A DNA stretch of 64,000 bases. Origin: Solibacillus sp. GTDB taxonomy: Bacteria > Bacillota > Bacilli > Bacillales_A > Planococcaceae. The stretch spans positions 56,070-120,069 of the forward strand of contig NZ_JBELZM010000001.1 in assembly GCF_040273735.1 (NCBI RefSeq), written 5' to 3'. Under the pieces are notes generated by a model that worked only from the letters and a program-made list of their open reading frames with translations, did not search any database and was not told where the DNA came from. The position numbers and the translations under genes were made by a program. Of the stretch, positions 60,768 to 64,000 are shown piece by piece (the first letter of the stretch is position 1; each line of letters starts with the position of its first letter).

Positions 60768-62066
60768 ATGACGAAAGCAGTATTGGATATTCATGAAAAA
60801 CCTACAGTAGGGCAGCTGATTACATTTAGTTTCCAGCACATGTTTGCCATGTTCGGATCAACAATTTTAGTACCAAAATTAGTCGGGTTAAGCCCATCCA
60901 TTGCGCTATTAACAAGCGGAATTGCGACAATTATCTTTTTGATCATTACACAGTTTAAAGTACCGGCTTACTTAGGTTCATCATTCGCCTTTATCTCTCC
61001 GATTATATTAGTAGCCGGCTTAACAGAAGCAGGTGTTTCCATCAACCCTGGAAATGCAATGATCGGAGCAATGATGGTCGGGATTGTATACGCAGTCGTA
61101 TCATTATTAATTTGGAAAACAGGCTACAAATGGCTGATGAACATTTTGCCGCCAATCGTCGTTGCACCGGTAATCATCGTAATCGGATTAGGATTATCAG
61201 GCACGGCAATAGATATGGCGATGAACGTGGACGGCAAATACAGCGGCCTTCACTTCTCGGCAGCATTAGTAACATTAGCTACGGCGATTGTTTTCAACGT
61301 TTTCTTTAAAAATATTTTAAGTGCAATGCCGATTCTTATGGGAATTGTAGTCGGCTATATATATTCAGTCATCATTGGGATCGTTGACTTCACGGCAGTA
61401 AAAAGTGCGAAGTTCTTCGCATTGCCGGACTTTTTAATCCCTGGTGTACACTACGAGTTCCAACTTACAGGAGCAATCTTTATCGGAATGGTGCCAATTG
61501 TCATTGTAACGATTTCTGAACATATCGGTCACCAGCTAGTATTAGGGAAAGTTGTAAACCGTAACTATATTAAAGACCCGGGTTTACATCGTTCGCTGTT
61601 AGGTGACGGTCTTGGAACATTTGCTTCAGCGCTGATCGGTGGTCCGCCAAAAACAACATACGGCGAAAATATCGGGGTTCTTGCGATCACACGTGTATAT
61701 TCAGTGTATGTAATATTAGGGGCAGCAGTTGTTGCCATCGTCGTATCGTTCTCAGGTCAGCTGATGGCACTGATTGAAACGATTCCGACAGCAGTACTTG
61801 GCGGTATTTCAATCCTGTTATTCGGGATTATTGCAGCAAGCGGTTTACGAATGTTAGTAGAAAGCAAAGTGGACTTCGGAAATAACCGTAACATGGTCAT
61901 TGCATCTGTAATTCTGGTAGTTGGAATCGGCGGAGCAGCAATGCGCTTTACAGAAAGCTTTGCGATTGAAGGAATGGCATTAGCATCGATTATCGGTGTC
62001 ATCTTGAACCTTGTATTGCCAGGTCGTGAAGTAACAGAAAATGATATTTACGAAACAGAAGAATAA
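60768..62066 (+). CDS. pyrP: Uracil permease (NCS2 family)
   Basis: 432-aa polytopic transporter in the conserved pyrR-pyrP-pyrB order. Confidence 0.92.
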   Translation: MTKAVLDIHEKPTVGQLITFSFQHMFAMFGSTILVPKLVGLSPSIALLTSGIATIIFLIITQFKVPAYLGSSFAFISPIILVAGLTEAGVSINPGNAMIGAMMVGIVYAVVSLLIWKTGYKWLMNILPPIVVAPVIIVIGLGLSGTAIDMAMNVDGKYSGLHFSAALVTLATAIVFNVFFKNILSAMPILMGIVVGYIYSVIIGIVDFTAVKSAKFFALPDFLIPGVHYEFQLTGAIFIGMVPIVIVTISEHIGHQLVLGKVVNRNYIKDPGLHRSLLGDGLGTFASALIGGPPKTTYGENIGVLAITRVYSVYVILGAAVVAIVVSFSGQLMALIETIPTAVLGGISILLFGIIAASGLRMLVESKVDFGNNRNMVIASVILVVGIGGAAMRFTESFAIEGMALASIIGVILNLVLPGREVTENDIYETEE

Positions 62067-62079
62067 AAAAAGATACCTT

Positions 62080-62200
62080 TTAAAGATTGTCCAGAGAGGC
62101 AAGGAAGGGTATGACATGCATGAAAGGATCATCAACAGGATGATGCCTTACCTTGTCACACCCTTCAAGCCTCGCTAATGATGATAGCGAGGCTTATTTA
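62080..62200 (+). promoter_or_regulatory. PyrR-dependent transcription attenuator 2
   Basis: TTGTCCAGAGAGGCA at 62087-62101. Terminator aagcctcgcta/tagcgaggctt at 62167-62195. Confidence 0.8.
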
Positions 62201-62314
62201 TGACGAGATATTGTATATTTAAACAAAAAGTAGATTAAATATTCATAATGTAATAAAATAATATCAAGCTAGCATTTGCGCTGGGGCGTAATTGATATAA
62301 GCGGAGGTACTCAC

Positions 62315-63232
62315 ATGAAAAACTTATTATCGATGGAACATTTGTCAAATGAAGAAATAATGATGATTTTAAATCGAGCACAGCATTTCGAAGATGGAGA
62401 AAAACCTGTGTTACAACGCGAATTTCATGTAGCAAACCTTTTCTTTGAGCCAAGTACACGTACAAAAACAAGCTTTGAAATGGCGGAGCGTCGACTAGGA
62501 TGTACAGTTATTCCGTTTGATGGGGAGTTCTCGAGTACAACAAAGGGAGAAACGCTGTACGATACAGTCAAAACATTGGAAATGATCGGAATCGATGCAG
62601 TCGTAATTCGGGATAAGGAAGATGAATATTACAACGAGCTTTTGGAAGGGATCGGCTGTGCGGTCATCAATGCAGGAGACGGCGCAGGCCAGCATCCTTC
62701 ACAGTCACTGTTGGATTTATATACGATTCAAAAAGAGTTCGGACGATTTGAAGATCTGAATATTACGATCGTCGGTGATATTTCACATAGCCGTGTTGCA
62801 AAATCAAATGCGACTGCACTTACTCGTTTAGGGGCAAATGTTCGATTCCTTTGTCCGCCGGCATGGGCAGGTAATTTCGAAGCGGCACATAGCTGGGATG
62901 AAGTACTGGAAGACAGCGATGTCATCATGCTGCTGCGTATCCAGCATGAACGTCACTCTGTAAGTAAAAACTTTTCAAAAGAAAGCTACCATGCAGAGTA
63001 TGGCTTAACGATTGAACGTGAACAGCGGATGAAAGAACGGGCTATCATTATGCACCCGGCACCGGTAAACCGCGATGTGGAAATTGCGGATGCCCTTGTT
63101 GAATGCAGTCGTTCCCGCATTTTTGAACAAGTGCGAAACGGTGTATTTACACGAATGGCCATTTTAGAAACGATTTTGAAAGGAAGAGATCAATATGACA
63201 ACAGTTATACAAAATGTGAAGCTACTCAATGA
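62315..63232 (+). CDS. pyrB: Aspartate carbamoyltransferase catalytic subunit
   Basis: [12 protein letters not shown] and HPAP(V)NR motifs. The ATG at 62315 follows GGAGGT. Confidence 0.95.
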   Translation: MKNLLSMEHLSNEEIMMILNRAQHFEDGEKPVLQREFHVANLFFEPSTRTKTSFEMAERRLGCTVIPFDGEFSSTTKGETLYDTVKTLEMIGIDAVVIRDKEDEYYNELLEGIGCAVINAGDGAGQHPSQSLLDLYTIQKEFGRFEDLNITIVGDISHSRVAKSNATALTRLGANVRFLCPPAWAGNFEAAHSWDEVLEDSDVIMLLRIQHERHSVSKNFSKESYHAEYGLTIEREQRMKERAIIMHPAPVNRDVEIADALVECSRSRIFEQVRNGVFTRMAILETILKGRDQYDNSYTKCEATQ

Positions 63233-64000
63233 GGAAGGCGAATTAGTAGTATCTACTATTGTAATAGAAAACGGCAAAATCGCTTCGATTAATGGAGACA
63301 TTCCAGCTGGCGCTAAGCTGATTGATGGTAAAGGCCATTTCGCATCACCAGGTTTTGTCGATGTACATACACATTTACGTGAGCCTGGCTTTGAACATAA
63401 AGAAACGATCGCAACAGGCTCGGCATCTGCAGCAAAAGGCGGTTTTACAACAATTTGTGCGATGCCAAATACGAAGCCGGTACCGGATTCGGTAGAAAAT
63501 ATGCAGCTCATTAACGGATTGATCAAAGAAAGTGCAGTAATCCGAGTGTTACCATATGGTTCATTAACAAAAGATATTTCAGGTGAAGTTCGCACAAATA
63601 TGCAAGAGTTAAAAGAACAGGGTGCAGTCGCTTTCTCGGATGACGGGATCGGAATTCAGCTAGCGTCGACTATGTATGAGCAAATGCAGCAGGCAGCAAA
63701 AATCGATGCGGTTGTTGTTGCACACTGTGAAGATAATTCACTTATTTACGATGGGGTTATGCATGAAGGAAAACGCAATAAAGAACTTGGATTACCAGGG
63801 ATACCTTCTATTTGCGAGTCAGTACAAATCGCACGAGATGTACTGCTGGCTGAAGCGGCTGGTGCACGTTACCACGTATGCCACGTATCGACGAAAGAAT
63901 CCGTACGTGCAGTAAGGGATGCAAAAGCGGCAGGAATTAAAGTGACTGCTGAAGTTTGCCCGCACCACTTATTATTAGAAGAAATGGACATTCCATCAGA
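63195..64000 (+). CDS. pyrC: Dihydroorotase, 3'-truncated at the window edge
   Basis: This ORF is not in the track because it runs off the end of the window. My translation is [15 protein letters not shown]...[13 protein letters not shown]...CAMPNT...HVCHVS. Its ATG overlaps the pyrB 3' end. Confidence 0.9.
   Translation, partial: MTTVIQNVKLLNEEGELVVSTIVIENGKIASINGDIPAGAKLIDGKGHFASPGFVDVHTHLREPGFEHKETIATGSASAAKGGFTTICAMPNTKPVPDSVENMQLINGLIKESAVIRVLPYGSLTKDISGEVRTNMQELKEQGAVAFSDDGIGIQLASTMYEQMQQAAKIDAVVVAHCEDNSLIYDGVMHEGKRNKELGLPGIPSICESVQIARDVLLAEAAGARYHVCHVSTKESVRAVRDAKAAGIKVTAEVCPHHLLLEEMDIPS

Noticed and set aside
63164-63595. 143-aa ORF on the minus strand
   Set aside because: It is antisense to pyrC, whose + strand translation carries unmistakable dihydroorotase motifs.

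Overview
This window is a conserved core-chromosome segment from an AT-rich, endospore-forming member of the Bacillales. Its sporulation genes and overall gene content suggest a Lysinibacillus-like or Caryophanaceae-like genome, but that is inference only. Gene order follows the Bacillus subtilis ylaN-to-pyrC region: ylaN-ftsW-pyc, divergent ctaA, ctaCDEF, ctaG, the ylb gene series, rpmF, panE and bshC. Then comes the dcw division/cell-wall cluster (mraZ-rsmH-ftsL-pbpB-spoVD-mraY-murD-spoVE-divIB-ylxW-ylxX-sbp-ftsA-ftsZ). It is followed by spoIIGA-sigE-sigG, ylmC-ylmE-sepF-ylmG-ylmH-divIVA, a T-box leader plus ileS, azlCD, lspA-rluD and the start of the pyr operon (pyrR-pyrP-pyrB-pyrC'). I found no transposase, integrase, phage genes, CRISPR array, tRNA or rRNA, and no obvious multi-gene accessory or defence system. 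The unusual signals are mostly non-coding or concern locus architecture. (1) A 21-nt-phased array of about 13 ATTAGAA-core units lies just upstream of the pyr promoter. (2) A structured element with a GUCCU hairpin loop occurs three times on the + strand, upstream of ctaG, upstream of the rsfA-like gene, and inside the ileS leader; its stem shows compensatory and G-U changes between copies. (3) ctaB is absent from the ctaA/ctaC junction and replaced by about 0.9 kb of non-coding DNA. (4) murE is absent from the dcw cluster and sits in the ylb region with a DNAR variant of the DNPR motif; murG and murB are also absent from dcw. (5) An acyl-CoA carboxylase carrier plus carboxyltransferase pair has no biotin carboxylase nearby. 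Several CDS starts were moved from the supplied ORF track after inspecting Shine-Dalgarno sequences. All product calls rest on remembered family signatures and synteny, not on database searches.
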